Positions 27,084 to 27,882 of a stretch of DNA of 27,882 nucleotides are shown one piece after another. The position numbers were made by a program, and so were the translations under genes. Each line of letters opens with the position of its first letter. Within the stretch, counting starts at the first letter, position 1. The notes below the pieces were generated by a model, which saw nothing but the letters and a program-made list of their open reading frames with translations, did no database searches and was not told where the DNA came from. Source of the DNA: Candidatus Hydrothermarchaeota archaeon (GTDB lineage: Archaea > Hydrothermarchaeota > Hydrothermarchaeia > Hydrothermarchaeales > JACQPM01); assembly GCA_038046745.1 (NCBI GenBank), contig JBBSVP010000234.1, positions 1 to 27,882 on the forward strand. The letters run 5' to 3'.

Positions 27084-27211
27084 CTTTTCACCCTCACACT
27101 TCACCTCTTCTCAGACTCTGACTTCCACTGAACGATCTAATTTTCCAGTCCCTTTTTAGTCCCGGTGGAAGTTAGTTATCCGTTGTCTTTTTTATTACGG
27201 TGAGGATTGGA

Positions 27212-27225
27212 TATATAACTCTTTT
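27212..27225 (-). promoter_or_regulatory. BRE/TATA promoter for cdc6-DP1-DP2
   Basis: The minus strand reads AAAAGAG-TTATATA; this is the best TATA match facing cdc6. Confidence 0.55.
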
Positions 27226-27639
27226 GAGTGCCTACCCGTAATTTCCAATGGACTTTCTATAAATGGCGAAAAGAAGGTTGGGGGAGGGGGGGCATTTTCT
27301 ACTGGAACTTCCGTGTTAAATATAAGAAGATGTTGTGGAAGTAAGGAGAAAACAGTAGATCGCAAGGTACTGCAGGTACCGGGACCAGATAGAGGAGTTT
27401 TCCTTGCAGAGTTTTTCCGGCGGAGCCGGTCCGCATAAGGGTCTCGGGAAGAGATCGTTGAAGGCAGGCATTTCCAATGTACCTAGAGGTTACGATGGAT
27501 GACGGTTGTAAGCTAGAAGGCTAAGAACGGATATTATACTAAATACCCTTCGTGTGCATGCCCGTAAGTTGAAGGCCTATACACGGAATAAAGGTTGGGC
27601 GTGCCTTGGATTACTTTTCCCGCCCTCTTGGATAATTTT

Positions 27640-27670
27640 TTAATATATTAACATAAATTTAATATATTAA
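27640..27670. repeat. Two copies of the 12-bp palindrome TTAATATATTAA
   Basis: Exact copies at 27640-27651 and 27659-27670. Confidence 0.9.
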
Positions 27671-27744
27671 GATAGATGAAGAAGTACACACGGTGGTAGT
27701 GGATGGTCTGGGTAACCGCCAAGGTGGTGGATGGTAGGAGTAAG

Positions 27745-27882
27745 ATGCTAGATAAGAAAGCATGCACGATAATGGAAGAGACTTTTCAACCTGACCACTT
27801 TGGAGACTTAAAGGTCCCCGTCATCGCCCCCCAATATTACTACAGAAAGGACTATAGGGAAGACGGGTATTCAGCTCGTGTC
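27745..27882 (+). CDS. Possible 5' end of a gene running off the window
   Basis: ATG 27745 with GGAG 4 nt upstream; 46 codons open to the window end (MLDKKACTIMEETFQPDHFGDLKVPVIAPQYYYRKDYREDGYSARV). No motif recognised. Confidence 0.3.
   Translation, partial: MLDKKACTIMEETFQPDHFGDLKVPVIAPQYYYRKDYREDGYSARV

Larger units (their letters stand above)
27105..27672. other. Probable replication origin (oriC): ORB-like motifs plus AT-rich element
   Basis: Non-coding, AT-richer DNA next to cdc6. Matches to TTCCAnTGGAA occur at 27122-27133, 27160-27170, 27243-27253, 27297-27307 and 27472-27482. There is a G-run at 27280-27292 and an almost pure A/T tract at 27632-27670. Confidence 0.75.

Noticed and set aside
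27676-27699. Micro-ORF MKKYTRW after the AT-rich tract
   Set aside because: Seven codons, no RBS or other support; expected by chance.
1-27882. CRISPR array, transposase, integrase, rRNA, in-frame Sec/Pyl codons
   Set aside because: No regularly spaced repeats, mobile-element motifs, or internal TGA/TAG interrupting any recognisable protein.

Overview
GC-rich archaeal chromosomal DNA: archaeal PolD, Cdc6, A-type ATPase, rpS8e and TATA/BRE promoters. The Glu/Arg/Lys-rich proteins suggest a thermophile. The gene set looks euryarchaeal; a Hydrothermarchaeota-like lineage is only a guess. From left to right: 5'-truncated hemL, hemC, rps8e, a PRC-barrel gene, a DUF749-like gene, a DUF2284 gene, arfC and an M50-CBS protease. 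Next come a secreted alpha/alpha-barrel protein coupled to ahbA-ahbB-ahbC and a GH15 hydrolase. Then 14 consecutive minus-strand genes: hydantoinase-like ATPase, SAM methyltransferase, DUF61, atpD-B-A-F-E-H, secD-secF, DP2-DP1 and cdc6. The window ends in an AT-richer, mostly non-coding ~780 bp stretch with ORB-like motifs, the probable replication origin. No CRISPR array, tRNA, rRNA, transposase or intein was found. Main oddities: (1) the ATP synthase operon holds only the soluble head and stalk subunits, with I, K and C absent; (2) atpB is split by a one-base frameshift; (3) an uncharacterised exported QW-repeat protein heads the haem operon; (4) an ORB-like 11-mer brackets cdc6 as an inverted repeat; (5) amber stops dominate, and four amber stops directly abut an in-frame ATG/GTG of a partner subunit; (6) HemC has Leu at a normally invariant Arg. 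All family assignments come from motif recognition by eye, not database searches.
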